From: Blastocladiella emersonii ATCC 22665
Taxonomy: Eukaryota; Fungi; Blastocladiomycota
Length of the DNA stretch: 64,000 bases
Reading direction: 5' to 3'
NCBI GenBank assembly: GCA_025594325.1
Contig: JANHCV010000005.1
Span: 2,145,774 to 2,209,773 of the forward strand
Below are positions 6,122 through 21,497 of this stretch, piece after piece (the stretch's first letter is position 1; every line of letters starts with the position of its first letter). The position numbers were made by a program, and so were the translations under genes. The notes beneath the pieces were generated by a model, which worked only from the letters and a program-made list of their open reading frames with translations, was not told the origin of the DNA and did not search any database.

Positions 6122-9021
6122 ACCCTCCACGAATCACAATATGCGCGCAATGAATTGACCGATGATATGGCCGTACCAAACCAGCCACGTAGACAATTGT
6201 CATGGTAGTCGAACAAAACCATATTCAAATCTTGGACTACCCGCTTGTCCAGCTAGCCAGGGACCCATAAATCACAGTATCGACCCAACTAAATATTTGA
6301 CAGCAGAAATATAGTAAACCAACCTCGTACAAAATTGTCATGGTACTCAAACAAAACCATATTCAAAACCTTGACTTCCCGCATATCCAGCTGGCCAGGG
6401 ACCCATAAATCACAGTATGGAACCAACAAAGTATCTGACAACAGAAATATGGTAAAACAGCTACGCGGATAATTGTCATGGTACTCAATCAAAACCATAC
6501 TCAAACCTTTGCTTTCCTGCATGTCCAGCTGGCCACTGACCCATAAATCACAGTATCGGACCAAGAAAATATCTGACCATGGAAATATAGTATACCAGCC
6601 ACCTAGGTAATTGTCATGGCACTCAAACAAAACCATAGTCAAGTCTTTGACTATCCACATGTCCAGCTGATTGAGGACCCATGAATCGTAACGTCAAAGC
6701 AACAATATATCTCACCATGGAAGTATAGTAAACCAGCCACTCTGGCAATTGTCATGGTACTCAAACAAAACCATACTCAAATCTATGACTTCCCACATGT
6801 CCAGCAGGTTGGACACCCATAAATCACAGTATCAAACCAACAAAATATCAGACCACAGGAGTATATAAAACCGACCACGTAGGTAATTGTCTTGGTACTC
6901 AAACAAAACCATATTCAAATCTTTCAATTCCCGCTTGTCCAGCTAGCCAGGGACCCATAAATCACAGGATCACAGCAACAAAGTATCTGACAACAGAAAT
7001 ATGGTACACCAGCCACGTAGATAATTGTCATGGTACTCAAACAAAACCATACTCAAATCTTCGAGTGCCCCATGTCCAGGTGGGCAAGGGCCTATAAATC
7101 ACAGTATTGAACCAAGAAAATACCTGACGATCGGGATGTATCAAACCCGCCACGCTGATACTTGTCGTGGTACTCAAACATAACCATACTCAGCCAAATC
7201 TTTGAATACCCTCACGTCCAGGTGGGCAAGGAACCAAAGCGCCAGATATTCAAATCTACCGCTTTGTGCACACTCCACTAGCCAACTCTTCGATCCACTA
7301 ATTATGGAGCCCGTCGTCAAAGTACACTGTCCAATCAACTAAGTAAACAGCCAACCTGCCAGCCTGCCAGCCTGCCAGCCTGCCAGCCTGCCAGCCTGCC
7401 AGCCTGCCAGCCTGCCAGCCTGCCAGCCTGCCAACCTGCCAACCTGCCAACCTGCCGCCTTGCCTACCTGCTATCCGAACACCCACACCGCCTCGCAAGT
7501 CATTGGGGGCCCGCGCTCTCTGGTTGCCGTCCCAGCCAACAAAGGAATGAATGATGAGCCCTGGCAGCCTGGCAGCCTGCCACACTGACAGCCTGACTGA
7601 CAGCGCCCACCCAGTAGATATTATCTATCTCGTAGGTAGTCTGGGAGGACTTCGTTAGTCAATACACGACCAGTCTCCTCCTGGCTGCCGGCTCTGCTGT
7701 CCACTCCAAGTCCTGCATGATGATGGGCCAAGGAGGGTTCCGAGCAGCTCCTCTGTCTACCCGCGTGAAACCACTCACCCGCTGACGGATGTATACCACG
7801 CACCGTGCAGCGCGCACAGCACACAGCGCCCGACGCACCACGCGGTGCGCACACGGCGCAAACGGCCACCCTGGTGTCACACACACTCGCATGAACGGCA
7901 GGCATGCAAGGCGTCCGTCCTCAACTCAACAATGATTTATCATCCAGGCTTACTACTCGCTCCAACGGGTGCGCCTGCCTGCCCTCCCAGTGCCGTTGAT
8001 TGATTGATGGGTGCGCCAGCCCCTGTTGCCAGCCACGTGGCAAGCAACACCTCAGCACCTGCGTCGCCCTGGCCACCGTCCGTACCTTGCAAACAGCGTA
8101 GCAGCCGTACTGCTTCACAGGGCTGCAGAGGGCTGGCTGCGGAGGGCTGAGGCGGCAGGGCTCCTCCTGCAGGAAGGAGACAGTGCTGGGGCCAAGGAGT
8201 GCTAGGGACGACAAACTGAATGGTGAATGACCAGACCAACACACCACATGCTCCTGGCAGGAGTGCGTGTGGGCGTGCGGGCCCGTGTCCGTGCGTGCCT
8301 GTGTCTGTGCGTGCCTGGATTAGACCTCCATCACAAGCGCCAAGTGACCAAGTGACCAAGTGACAAAGTGACCAAGGTGACCAAGGTGACCAAGGTGACC
8401 AAGGTGACCAGGGTGACCAAGGTGACCAAGTGACACACAAGCACCAAGCTAGGGTGGCCGGGCGGCCATGGACCGTACTGCATGGGTACCATTACCGTGG
8501 ACTGGCCGCGGCCATTTATTGCAGCACAGCCCTGCCTGGCTCAGGACGCGGCGGGCGTGGGAGGCGGGCAGGGTAGATAGGTAGCAGCAGCAGGACCTGG
8601 CTAGCTGGCTGTCAAACAACACGAGTGAAGGGGTGCGTGAGGGAGGGTGTGTTGAACGAATGGATGGGTGGATGCAGGCAGACCTTCATACGTGTCGTGC
8701 GTGATGAGGATTGGTTGGCCACCATCCACCAACGCCATGGCATGGCTGCGGGTGTCGCTGCGTGCGCCTTGGCGGGTGGTGGTGTTGGTGGGTGGTGTTG
8801 GTGGGTGCTGTGGTGGTAGTGGAGCTAAAGTGGTGTTGTGGGGCTCCTGGGGTCCCCTTCCCTTCCTGTCTGGCCTAGGTGGGTGGGTGGGCGGACGTAG
8901 CGCGCATGCGGGCGGGCAAGGTAGGAACGTTGCTCACGCAATGGATCATGTATTTTATGGAACGTAGTCTGCACAGCAGAGAGGGGGATGTCCGGCCCAA
9001 TCGGACCCTCCACGAATCACA

Positions 9022-10272
9022 CCGCGCCGCCGCCTCTGTTGCCGCCGCGGCCGCCGCTAAACGACCAATCGAATCTTCTACTACACCACCAACACCACCA
9101 CCACCACCCGCTACGCTTTCTCCTGTCCATGGCGAGGACCTCAGCACTCCCGGCTACGCCATGGTCGGCGAGTCCGTTGCTGGCGCGACGCGGTCCCTTG
9201 CCTCGTTCGGCCGTCGCCTCCTCGCCTCCATCTGGCGCGACCCCGCCGCTCTGTCTCGCCTCGCCGGCTGCGTTGTACGCGCCCGCGACGTCGCCTTCGC
9301 CTCCCGCTCACTCCAACTCGACCGCGACCTCGCTCGACCCGTCCTCGCGGCCATCACGTCCGTCGCCTCCCGATCCCTCTGGCGCGGCGCCTGGCTCTCT
9401 CACTCCGCTGGCTGCGCCGAGGCCGACCCACTCGATTCTTCTGAAGCTCCGCCGCGCGAGCCGCGTGAGCGGGCCCGCCGCCCATTTGGCCAGCCCATTG
9501 CCACACTCAAGTTCATCAACCGCCACCACTACTGCTCTCGCTGTCTGAGCTCGCTCCATTCCCACGTCCCCAACCCGTCTGGGCGTGAAGAAGACCCGCC
9601 AGTGTGCCCGCCGTCCACCGCGGCCCAAGCGGCTCTTGTTGCAGATCCCTCCGTCCGACTTTGGCTGCTCGGTTCCCCAAGGCACATTCGGTGATGTGAC
9701 TAGACCAAGGATCGGCGCAGTCGACGCAAGTCCAGTAGCACCAGGTGTTTGCGCGCGGTACTGACCCATCCACTTTCTCTCGTTCTGACGACGATGAAAC
9801 GCATGATCCGCCACTGAATGGCGCTGACGCACAAAAGAAAACGAAGGAGAAAAACAAAAAGAAAAGAAACGCAAAAAGAAGAATGTCCGCACAAAAAGAT
9901 GGAAAAACATCTGACGAACCTCACAGGCCATGCCCAAGACCACAGCACTGCCACTGGTCCATTGGCATGTCCTCGCGCTCTAGTTGGTCACGCCAGCTTG
10001 TCTCTCTGCTCGGTCTCTCTTTACTGCGTTTCGTTCGCTCTCTTAGCTCGCTGCTCGAGCTCGCTCTCTCTTCGCCTCGTTCGCCCATCTCTCTCGTACT
10101 CCCCTCTCCTCCCACAATTCTTCCCCCTATGCTCCTCGACGTGCACGGTCCGGGCTTGTCGTACTGCGGCTTGCCCACAAAAGGGCTGCTGCCCGTTGCA
10201 CAGTGGATATTCTGCTTGCAGTTCACAACCGCTGTTAAGGAATAAATGCATTGGTTCCAAAAAAAAAAAGAA
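9022..10272 (+). mobile_element. Retro-insertion copy, unit 3
   Basis: Same TSDs and junctions; A11. Confidence 0.8.
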
Positions 10273-13172
10273 ACCCTCCACGAATCACAATATGCGCGCA
10301 ATGAATTGACCGATGATATGGCCGTACCAAACCAGCCACGTAGACAATTGTCATGGTAGTCGAACAAAACCATATTCAAATCTTGGACTACCCGCTTGTC
10401 CAGCTAGCCAGGGACCCATAAATCACAGTATCGACCCAACTAAATATTTGACAGCAGAAATATAGTAAACCAACCTCGTACAAAATTGTCATGGTACTCA
10501 AACAAAACCATATTCAAAACCTTGACTTCCCGCATATCCAGCTGGCCAGGGACCCATAAATCACAGTATGGAACCAACAAAGTATCTGACAACAGAAATA
10601 TGGTAAAACAGCTACGCGGATAATTGTCATGGTACTCAATCAAAACCATACTCAAACCTTTGCTTTCCTGCATGTCCAGCTGGCCACTGACCCATAAATC
10701 ACAGTATCGGACCAAGAAAATATCTGACCATGGAAATATAGTATACCAGCCACCTAGGTAATTGTCATGGCACTCAAACAAAACCATAGTCAAGTCTTTG
10801 ACTATCCACATGTCCAGCTGATTGAGGACCCATGAATCGTAACGTCAAAGCAACAATATATCTCACCATGGAAGTATAGTAAACCAGCCACTCTGGCAAT
10901 TGTCATGGTACTCAAACAAAACCATACTCAAATCTATGACTTCCCACATGTCCAGCAGGTTGGACACCCATAAATCACAGTATCAAACCAACAAAATATC
11001 AGACCACAGGAGTATATAAAAGCGACCACGTAGGTAATTGTCTTGGTACTCAAACAAAACCATATTCAAATCTTTCAATTCCCGCTTGTCCAGCTAGCCA
11101 GGGACCCATAAATCACAGGATCACAGCAACAAAGTATCTGACAACAGAAATATGGTACACCAGCCACGTAGATAATTGTCATGGTACTCAAACAAAACCA
11201 TACTCAAATCTTCGAGTGCCCCATGTCCAGGTGGGCAAGGGCCTATAAATCACAGTATTGAACCAAGAAAATACCTGACGATCGGGATGTATCAAACCCG
11301 CCACGCTGATACTTGTCGTGGTACTCAAACATAACCATACTCAGCCAAATCTTTGAATACCCTCACGTCCAGGTGGGCAAGGAACCAAAGCGCCAGATAT
11401 TCAAATCTACCGCTTTGTGCACACTCCACTAGCCAACTCTTCGATCCACTAATTATGGAGCCCGTCGTCAAAGTACACTGTCCAATCAACTAAGTAAACA
11501 GCCAACCTGCCAGCCTGCCAGCCTGCCAGCCTGCCAGCCTGCCAGCCTGCCAGCCTGCCAGCCTGCCAGCCTGCCAGCCTGCCAACCTGCCAACCTGCCA
11601 ACCTGCCGCCTTGCCTACCTGCTATCCGAACACCCACACCGCCTCGCAAGTCATTGGGGGCCCGCGCTCTCTGGTTGCCGTCCCAGCCAACAAAGGAATG
11701 AATGATGAGCCCTGGCAGCCTGGCAGCCTGCCACACTGACAGCCTGACTGACAGCGCCCACCCAGTAGATATTATCTATCTCGTAGGTAGTCTGGGAGGA
11801 CTTCGTTAGTCAATACACGACCAGTCTCCTCCTGGCTGCCGGCTCTGCTGTCCACTCCAAGTCCTGCATGATGATGGGCCAAGGAGGGTTCCGAGCAGCT
11901 CCTCTGTCTACCCGCGTGAAACCACTCACCCGCTGACGGATGTATACCACGCACCGTGCAGCGCGCACAGCACACAGCGCCCGACGCACCACGCGGTGCG
12001 CACACGGCGCAAACGGCCACCCTGGTGTCACACACACTCGCATGAACGGCAGGCATGCAAGGCGTCCGTCCTCAACTCAACAATGATTTATCATCCAGGC
12101 TTACTACTCGCTCCAACGGGTGCGCCTGCCTGCCCTCCCAGTGCCGTTGATTGATTGATGGGTGCGCCAGCCCCTGTTGCCAGCCACGTGGCAAGCAACA
12201 CCTCAGCACCTGCGTCGCCCTGGCCACCGTCCGTACCTTGCAAACAGCGTAGCAGCCGTACTGCTTCACAGGGCTGCAGAGGGCTGGCTGCGGAGGGCTG
12301 AGGCGGCAGGGCTCCTCCTGCAGGAAGGAGACAGTGCTGGGGCCAAGGAGTGCTAGGGACGACAAACTGAATGGTGAATGACCAGACCAACACACCACAT
12401 GCTCCTGGCAGGAGTGCGTGTGGGCGTGCGGGCCCGTGTCCGTGCGTGCCTGTGTCTGTGCGTGCCTGGATTAGACCTCCATCACAAGCGCCAAGTGACC
12501 AAGTGACCAAGTGACAAAGTGACCAAGGTGACCAAGGTGACCAAGGTGACCAAGGTGACCAGGGTGACCAAGGTGACCAAGTGACACACAAGCACCAAGC
12601 TAGGGTGGCCGGGCGGCCATGGACCGTACTGCATGGGTACCATTACCGTGGACTGGCCGCGGCCATTTATTGCAGCACAGCCCTGCCTGGCTCAGGACGC
12701 GGCGGGCGTGGGAGGCGGGCAGGGTAGATAGGTAGCAGCAGCAGGACCTGGCTAGCTGGCTGTCAAACAACACGAGTGAAGGGGTGCGTGAGGGAGGGTG
12801 TGTTGAACGAATGGATGGGTGGATGCAGGCAGACCTTCATACGTGTCGTGCGTGATGAGGATTGGTTGGCCACCATCCACCAACGCCATGGCATGGCTGC
12901 GGGTGTCGCTGCGTGCGCCTTGGCGGGTGGTGGTGTTGGTGGGTGGTGTTGGTGGGTGCTGTGGTGGTAGTGGAGCTAAAGTGGTGTTGTGGGGCTCCTG
13001 GGGTCCCCTTCCCTTCCTGTCTGGCCTAGGTGGGTGGGTGGGCGGACGTAGCGCGCATGCGGGCGGGCAAGGTAGGAACGTTGCTCACGCAATGGATCAT
13101 GTATTTTATGGAACGTAGTCTGCACAGCAGAGAGGGGGATGTCCGGCCCAATCGGACCCTCCACGAATCACA

Positions 13173-14423
13173 CCGCGCCGCCGCCTCTGTTGCCGCCGCG
13201 GCCGCCGCTAAACGACCAATCGAATCTTCTACTACACCACCAACACCACCACCACCACCCGCTACGCTTTCTCCTGTCCATGGCGAGGACCTCAGCACTC
13301 CCGGCTACGCCATGGTCGGCGAGTCCGTTGCTGGCGCGACGCGGTCCCTTGCCTCGTTCGGCCGTCGCCTCCTCGCCTCCATCTGGCGCGACCCCGCCGC
13401 TCTGTCTCGCCTCGCCGGCTGCGTTGTACGCGCCCGCGACGTCGCCTTCGCCTCCCGCTCACTCCAACTCGACCGCGACCTCGCTCGACCCGTCCTCGCG
13501 GCCATCACGTCCGTCGCCTCCCGATCCCTCTGGCGCGGCGCCTGGCTCTCTCACTCCGCTGGCTGCGCCGAGGCCGACCCACTCGATTCTTCTGAAGCTC
13601 CGCCGCGCGAGCCGCGTGAGCGGGCCCGCCGCCCATTTGGCCAGCCCATTGCCACACTCAAGTTCATCAACCGCCACCACTACTGCTCTCGCTGTCTGAG
13701 CTCGCTCCATTCCCACGTCCCCAACCCGTCTGGGCGTGAAGAAGACCCGCCAGTGTGCCCGCCGTCCACCGCGGCCCAAGCGGCTCTTGTTGCAGATCCC
13801 TCCGTCCGACTTTGGCTGCTCGGTTCCCCAAGGCACATTCGGTGATGTGACTAGACCAAGGATCGGCGCAGTCGACGCAAGTCCAGTAGCACCAGGTGTT
13901 TGCGCGCGGTACTGACCCATCCACTTTCTCTCGTTCTGACGACGATGAAACGCATGATCCGCCACTGAATGGCGCTGACGCACAAAAGAAAACGAAGGAG
14001 AAAAACAAAAAGAAAAGAAACGCAAAAAGAAGAATGTCCGCACAAAAAGATGGAAAAACATCTGACGAACCTCACAGGCCATGCCCAAGACCACAGCACT
14101 GCCACTGGTCCATTGGCATGTCCTCGCGCTCTAGTTGGTCACGCCAGCTTGTCTCTCTGCTCGGTCTCTCTTTACTGCGTTTCGTTCGCTCTCTTAGCTC
14201 GCTGCTCGAGCTCGCTCTCTCTTCGCCTCGTTCGCCCATCTCTCTCGTACTCCCCTCTCCTCCCACAATTCTTCCCCCTATGCTCCTCGACGTGCACGGT
14301 CCGGGCTTGTCGTACTGCGGCTTGCCCACAAAAGGGCTGCTGCCCGTTGCACAGTGGATATTCTGCTTGCAGTTCACAACCGCTGTTAAGGAATAAATGC
14401 ATTGGTTCCAAAAAAAAAAAGAA
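13173..14423 (+). mobile_element. Retro-insertion copy, unit 4
   Basis: Same TSDs and junctions; A11. Confidence 0.8.
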
Positions 14424-17347
14424 ACCCTCCACGAATCACAATATGCGCGCAATGAATTGACCGATGATATGGCCGTACCAAACCAGCCACGTAGACAATT
14501 GTCATGGTAGTCGAACAAAACCATATTCAAATCTTGGACTACCCGCTTGTCCAGCTAGCCAGGGACCCATAAATCACAGTATCGACCCAACTAAATATTT
14601 GACAGCAGAAATATAGTAAACCAACCTCGTACAAAATTGTCATGGTACTCAAACAAAACCATATTCAAAACCTTGACTTCCCGCATATCCAGCTGGCCAG
14701 GGACCCATAAATCACAGTATGGAACCAACAAAGTATCTGACAACAGAAATATGGTAAAACAGCTACGCGGATAATTGTCATGGTACTCAATCAAAACCAT
14801 ACTCAAACCTTTGCTTTCCTGCATGTCCAGCTGGCCACTGACCCATAAATCACAGTATCGGACCAAGAAAATATCTGACCATGGAAATATAGTATACCAG
14901 CCACCTAGGTAATTGTCATGGCACTCAAACAAAACCATAGTCAAGTCTTTGACTATCCACATGTCCAGCTGATTGAGGACCCATGAATCGTAACGTCAAA
15001 GCAACAATATATCTCACCATGGAAGTATAGTAAACCAGCCACTCTGGCAATTGTCATGGTACTCAAACAAAACCATACTCAAATCTATGACTTCCCACAT
15101 GTCCAGCAGGTTGGACACCCATAAATCACAGTATCAAACCAACAAAATATCAGACCACAGGAGTATATAAAAGCGACCACGTAGGTAATTGTCTTGGTAC
15201 TCAAACAAAACCATATTCAAATCTTTCAATTCCCGCTTGTCCAGCTAGCCAGGGACCCATAAATCACAGGATCACAGCAACAAAGTATCTGACAACAGAA
15301 ATATGGTACACCAGCCACGTAGATAATTGTCATGGTACTCAAACAAAACCATACTCAAATCTTCGAGTGCCCCATGTCCAGGTGGGCAAGGGCCTATAAA
15401 TCACAGTATTGAACCAAGAAAATACCTGACGATCGGGATGTATCAAACCCGCCACGCTGATACTTGTCGTGGTACTCAAACATAACCATACTCAGCCAAA
15501 TCTTTGAATACCCTCACGTCCAGGTGGGCAAGGAACCAAAGCGCCAGATATTCAAATCTACCGCTTTGTGCACACTCCACTAGCCAACTCTTCGATCCAC
15601 TAATTATGGAGCCCGTCGTCAAAGTACACTGTCCAATCAACTAAGTAAACAGCCAACCTGCCAGCCTGCCAGCCTGCCAGCCTGCCAGCCTGCCAGCCTG
15701 CCAGCCTGCCAGCCTGCCAGCCTGCCAGCCTGCCAGCCTGCCAGCCTGCCAGCCTGCCAACCTGCCAACCTGCCAACCTGCCGCCTTGCCTACCTGCTAT
15801 CCGAACACCCACACCGCCTCGCAAGTCATTGGGGGCCCGCGCTCTCTGGTTGCCGTCCCAGCCAACAAAGGAATGAATGATGAGCCCTGGCAGCCTGGCA
15901 GCCTGCCACACTGACAGCCTGACTGACAGCGCCCACCCAGTAGATATTATCTATCTCGTAGGTAGTCTGGGAGGACTTCGTTAGTCAATACACGACCAGT
16001 CTCCTCCTGGCTGCCGGCTCTGCTGTCCACTCCAAGTCCTGCATGATGATGGGCCAAGGAGGGTTCCGAGCAGCTCCTCTGTCTACCCGCGTGAAACCAC
16101 TCACCCGCTGACGGATGTATACCACGCACCGTGCAGCGCGCACAGCACACAGCGCCCGACGCACCACGCGGTGCGCACACGGCGCAAACGGCCACCCTGG
16201 TGTCACACACACTCGCATGAACGGCAGGCATGCAAGGCGTCCGTCCTCAACTCAACAATGATTTATCATCCAGGCTTACTACTCGCTCCAACGGGTGCGC
16301 CTGCCTGCCCTCCCAGTGCCGTTGATTGATTGATGGGTGCGCCAGCCCCTGTTGCCAGCCACGTGGCAAGCAACACCTCAGCACCTGCGTCGCCCTGGCC
16401 ACCGTCCGTACCTTGCAAACAGCGTAGCAGCCGTACTGCTTCACAGGGCTGCAGAGGGCTGGCTGCGGAGGGCTGAGGCGGCAGGGCTCCTCCTGCAGGA
16501 AGGAGACAGTGCTGGGGCCAAGGAGTGCTAGGGACGACAAACTGAATGGTGAATGACCAGACCAACACACCACATGCTCCTGGCAGGAGTGCGTGTGGGC
16601 GTGCGGGCCCGTGTCCGTGCGTGCCTGTGTCTGTGCGTGCCTGGATTAGACCTCCATCACAAGCGCCAAGTGACCAAGTGACCAAGTGACAAAGTGACCA
16701 AGGTGACCAAGGTGACCAAGGTGACCAAGGTGACCAGGGTGACCAAGGTGACCAAGTGACACACAAGCACCAAGCTAGGGTGGCCGGGCGGCCATGGACC
16801 GTACTGCATGGGTACCATTACCGTGGACTGGCCGCGGCCATTTATTGCAGCACAGCCCTGCCTGGCTCAGGACGCGGCGGGCGTGGGAGGCGGGCAGGGT
16901 AGATAGGTAGCAGCAGCAGGACCTGGCTAGCTGGCTGTCAAACAACACGAGTGAAGGGGTGCGTGAGGGAGGGTGTGTTGAACGAATGGATGGGTGGATG
17001 CAGGCAGACCTTCATACGTGTCGTGCGTGATGAGGATTGGTTGGCCACCATCCACCAACGCCATGGCATGGCTGCGGGTGTCGCTGCGTGCGCCTTGGCG
17101 GGTGGTGGTGTTGGTGGGTGGTGTTGGTGGGTGCTGTGGTGGTAGTGGAGCTAAAGTGGTGTTGTGGGGCTCCTGGGGTCCCCTTCCCTTCCTGTCTGGC
17201 CTAGGTGGGTGGGTGGGCGGACGTAGCGCGCATGCGGGCGGGCAAGGTAGGAACGTTGCTCACGCAATGGATCATGTATTTTATGGAACGTAGTCTGCAC
17301 AGCAGAGAGGGGGATGTCCGGCCCAATCGGACCCTCCACGAATCACA

Positions 17348-18597
17348 CCGCGCCGCCGCCTCTGTTGCCGCCGCGGCCGCCGCTAAACGACCAATCGAAT
17401 CTTCTACTACACCACCAACACCACCACCACCACCCGCTACGCTTTCTCCTGTCCATGGCGAGGACCTCAGCACTCCCGGCTACGCCATGGTCGGCGAGTC
17501 CGTTGCTGGCGCGACGCGGTCCCTTGCCTCGTTCGGCCGTCGCCTCCTCGCCTCCATCTGGCGCGACCCCGCCGCTCTGTCTCGCCTCGCCGGCTGCGTT
17601 GTACGCGCCCGCGACGTCGCCTTCGCCTCCCGCTCACTCCAACTCGACCGCGACCTCGCTCGACCCGTCCTCGCGGCCATCACGTCCGTCGCCTCCCGAT
17701 CCCTCTGGCGCGGCGCCTGGCTCTCTCACTCCGCTGGCTGCGCCGAGGCCGACCCACTCGATTCTTCTGAAGCTCCGCCGCGCGAGCCGCGTGAGCGGGC
17801 CCGCCGCCCATTTGGCCAGCCCATTGCCACACTCAAGTTCATCAACCGCCACCACTACTGCTCTCGCTGTCTGAGCTCGCTCCATTCCCACGTCCCCAAC
17901 CCGTCTGGGCGTGAAGAAGACCCGCCAGTGTGCCCGCCGTCCACCGCGGCCCAAGCGGCTCTTGTTGCAGATCCCTCCGTCCGACTTTGGCTGCTCGGTT
18001 CCCCAAGGCACATTCGGTGATGTGACTAGACCAAGGATCGGCGCAGTCGACGCAAGTCCAGTAGCACCAGGTGTTTGCGCGCGGTACTGACCCATCCACT
18101 TTCTCTCGTTCTGACGACGATGAAACGCATGATCCGCCACTGAATGGCGCTGACGCACAAAAGAAAACGAAGGAGAAAAACAAAAAGAAAAGAAACGCAA
18201 AAAGAAGAATGTCCGCACAAAAAGATGGAAAAACATCTGACGAACCTCACAGGCCATGCCCAAGACCACAGCACTGCCACTGGTCCATTGGCATGTCCTC
18301 GCGCTCTAGTTGGTCACGCCAGCTTGTCTCTCTGCTCGGTCTCTCTTTACTGCGTTTCGTTCGCTCTCTTAGCTCGCTGCTCGAGCTCGCTCTCTCTTCG
18401 CCTCGTTCGCCCATCTCTCTCGTACTCCCCTCTCCTCCCACAATTCTTCCCCCTATGCTCCTCGACGTGCACGGTCCGGGCTTGTCGTACTGCGGCTTGC
18501 CCACAAAAGGGCTGCTGCCCGTTGCACAGTGGATATTCTGCTTGCAGTTCACAACCGCTGTTAAGGAATAAATGCATTGGTTCCAAAAAAAAAAGAA
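17348..18597 (+). mobile_element. Retro-insertion copy, unit 5
   Basis: Same TSDs and junctions; A10. Confidence 0.8.
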
Positions 18598-21497
18598 ACC
18601 CTCCACGAATCACAATATGCACGCAATGAATTGACCGATGATATGGCCGTACCAAACCAGCCACGTAGACAATTGTCATGGTAGTCGAACAAAACCATAT
18701 TCAAATCTTGGACTACCCGCTTGTCCAGCTAGCCAGGGACCCATAAATCACAGTATCGACCCAACTAAATATTTGACAGCAGAAATATAGTAAACCAACC
18801 TCGTACAAAATTGTCATGGTACTCAAACAAAACCATATTCAAAACCTTGACTTCCCGCATATCCAGCTGGCCAGGGACCCATAAATCACAGTATGGAACC
18901 AACAAAGTATCTGACAACAGAAATATGGTAAAACAGCTACGCGGATAATTGTCATGGTACTCAATCAAAACCATACTCAAACCTTTGCTTTCCTGCATGT
19001 CCAGCTGGCCACTGACCCATAAATCACAGTATCGGACCAAGAAAATATCTGACCATGGAAATATAGTATACCAGCCACCTAGGTAATTGTCATGGCACTC
19101 AAACAAAACCATAGTCAAGTCTTTGACTATCCACATGTCCAGCTGATTGAGGACCCATGAATCGTAACGTCAAAGCAACAATATATCTCACCATGGAAGT
19201 ATAGTAAACCAGCCACTCTGGCAATTGTCATGGTACTCAAACAAAACCATACTCAAATCTATGACTTCCCACATGTCCAGCAGGTTGGACACCCATAAAT
19301 CACAGTATCAAACCAACAAAATATCAGACCACAGGAGTATATAAAACCGACCACGTAGGTAATTGTCTTGGTACTCAAACAAAACCATATTCAAATCTTT
19401 CAATTCCCGCTTGTCCAGCTAGCCAGGGACCCATAAATCACAGGATCACAGCAACAAAGTATCTGACAACAGAAATATGGTACACCAGCCACGTAGATAA
19501 TTGTCATGGTACTCAAACAAAACCATACTCAAATCTTCGAGTGCCCCATGTCCAGGTGGGCAAGGGCCTATAAATCACAGTATTGAACCAAGAAAATACC
19601 TGACGATCGGGATGTATCAAACCCGCCACGCTGATACTTGTCGTGGTACTCAAACATAACCATACTCAGCCAAATCTTTGAATACCCTCACGTCCAGGTG
19701 GGCAAGGAACCAAAGCGCCAGATATTCAAATCTACCGCTTTGTGCACACTCCACTAGCCAACTCTTCGATCCACTAATTATGGAGCCCGTCGTCAAAGTA
19801 CACTGTCCAATCAACTAAGTAAACAGCCAACCTGCCAGCCTGCCAGCCTGCCAGCCTGCCAGCCTGCCAGCCTGCCAGCCTGCCAGCCTGCCAGCCTGCC
19901 AGCCTGCCAACCTGCCAACCTGCCAACCTGCCGCCTTGCCTACCTGCTATCCGAACACCCACACCGCCTCGCAAGTCATTGGGGGCCCGCGCTCTCTGGT
20001 TGCCGTCCCAGCCAACAAAGGAATGAATGATGAGCCCTGGCAGCCTGGCAGCCTGCCACACTGACAGCCTGACTGACAGCGCCCACCCAGTAGATATTAT
20101 CTATCTCGTAGGTAGTCTGGGAGGACTTCGTTAGTCAATACACGACCAGTCTCCTCCTGGCTGCCGGCTCTGCTGTCCACTCCAAGTCCTGCATGATGAT
20201 GGGCCAAGGAGGGTTCCGAGCAGCTCCTCTGTCTACCCGCGTGAAACCACTCACCCGCTGACGGATGTATACCACGCACCGTGCAGCGCGCACAGCACAC
20301 AGCGCCCGACGCACCACGCGGTGCGCACACGGCGCAAACGGCCACCCTGGTGTCACACACACTCGCATGAACGGCAGGCATGCAAGGCGTCCGTCCTCAA
20401 CTCAACAATGATTTATCATCCAGGCTTACTACTCGCTCCAACGGGTGCGCCTGCCTGCCCTCCCAGTGCCGTTGATTGATTGATGGGTGCGCCAGCCCCT
20501 GTTGCCAGCCACGTGGCAAGCAACACCTCAGCACCTGCGTCGCCCTGGCCACCGTCCGTACCTTGCAAACAGCGTAGCAGCCGTACTGCTTCACAGGGCT
20601 GCAGAGGGCTGGCTGCGGAGGGCTGAGGCGGCAGGGCTCCTCCTGCAGGAAGGAGACAGTGCTGGGGCCAAGGAGTGCTAGGGACGACAAACTGAATGGT
20701 GAATGACCAGACCAACACACCACATGCTCCTGGCAGGAGTGCGTGTGGGCGTGCGGGCCCGTGTCCGTGCGTGCCTGTGTCTGTGCGTGCCTGGATTAGA
20801 CCTCCATCACAAGCGCCAAGTGACCAAGTGACCAAGTGACAAAGTGACCAAGGTGACCAAGGTGACCAAGGTGACCAAGGTGACCAGGGTGACCAAGGTG
20901 ACCAAGTGACACACAAGCACCAAGCTAGGGTGGCCGGGCGGCCATGGACCGTACTGCATGGGTACCATTACCGTGGACTGGCCGCGGCCATTTATTGCAG
21001 CACAGCCCTGCCTGGCTCAGGACGCGGCGGGCGTGGGAGGCGGGCAGGGTAGATAGGTAGCAGCAGCAGGACCTGGCTAGCTGGCTGTCAAACAACACGA
21101 GTGAAGGGGTGCGTGAGGGAGGGTGTGTTGAACGAATGGATGGGTGGATGCAGGCAGACCTTCATACGTGTCGTGCGTGATGAGGATTGGTTGGCCACCA
21201 TCCACCAACGCCATGGCATGGCTGCGGGTGTCGCTGCGTGCGCCTTGGCGGGTGGTGGTGTTGGTGGGTGGTGTTGGTGGGTGCTGTGGTGGTAGTGGAG
21301 CTAAAGTGGTGTTGTGGGGCTCCTGGGGTCCCCTTCCCTTCCTGTCTGGCCTAGGTGGGTGGGTGGGCGGACGTAGCGCGCATGCGGGCGGGCAAGGTAG
21401 GAACGTTGCTCACGCAATGGATCATGTATTTTATGGAACGTAGTCTGCACAGCAGAGAGGGGGATGTCCGGCCCAATCGGACCCTCCACGAATCACA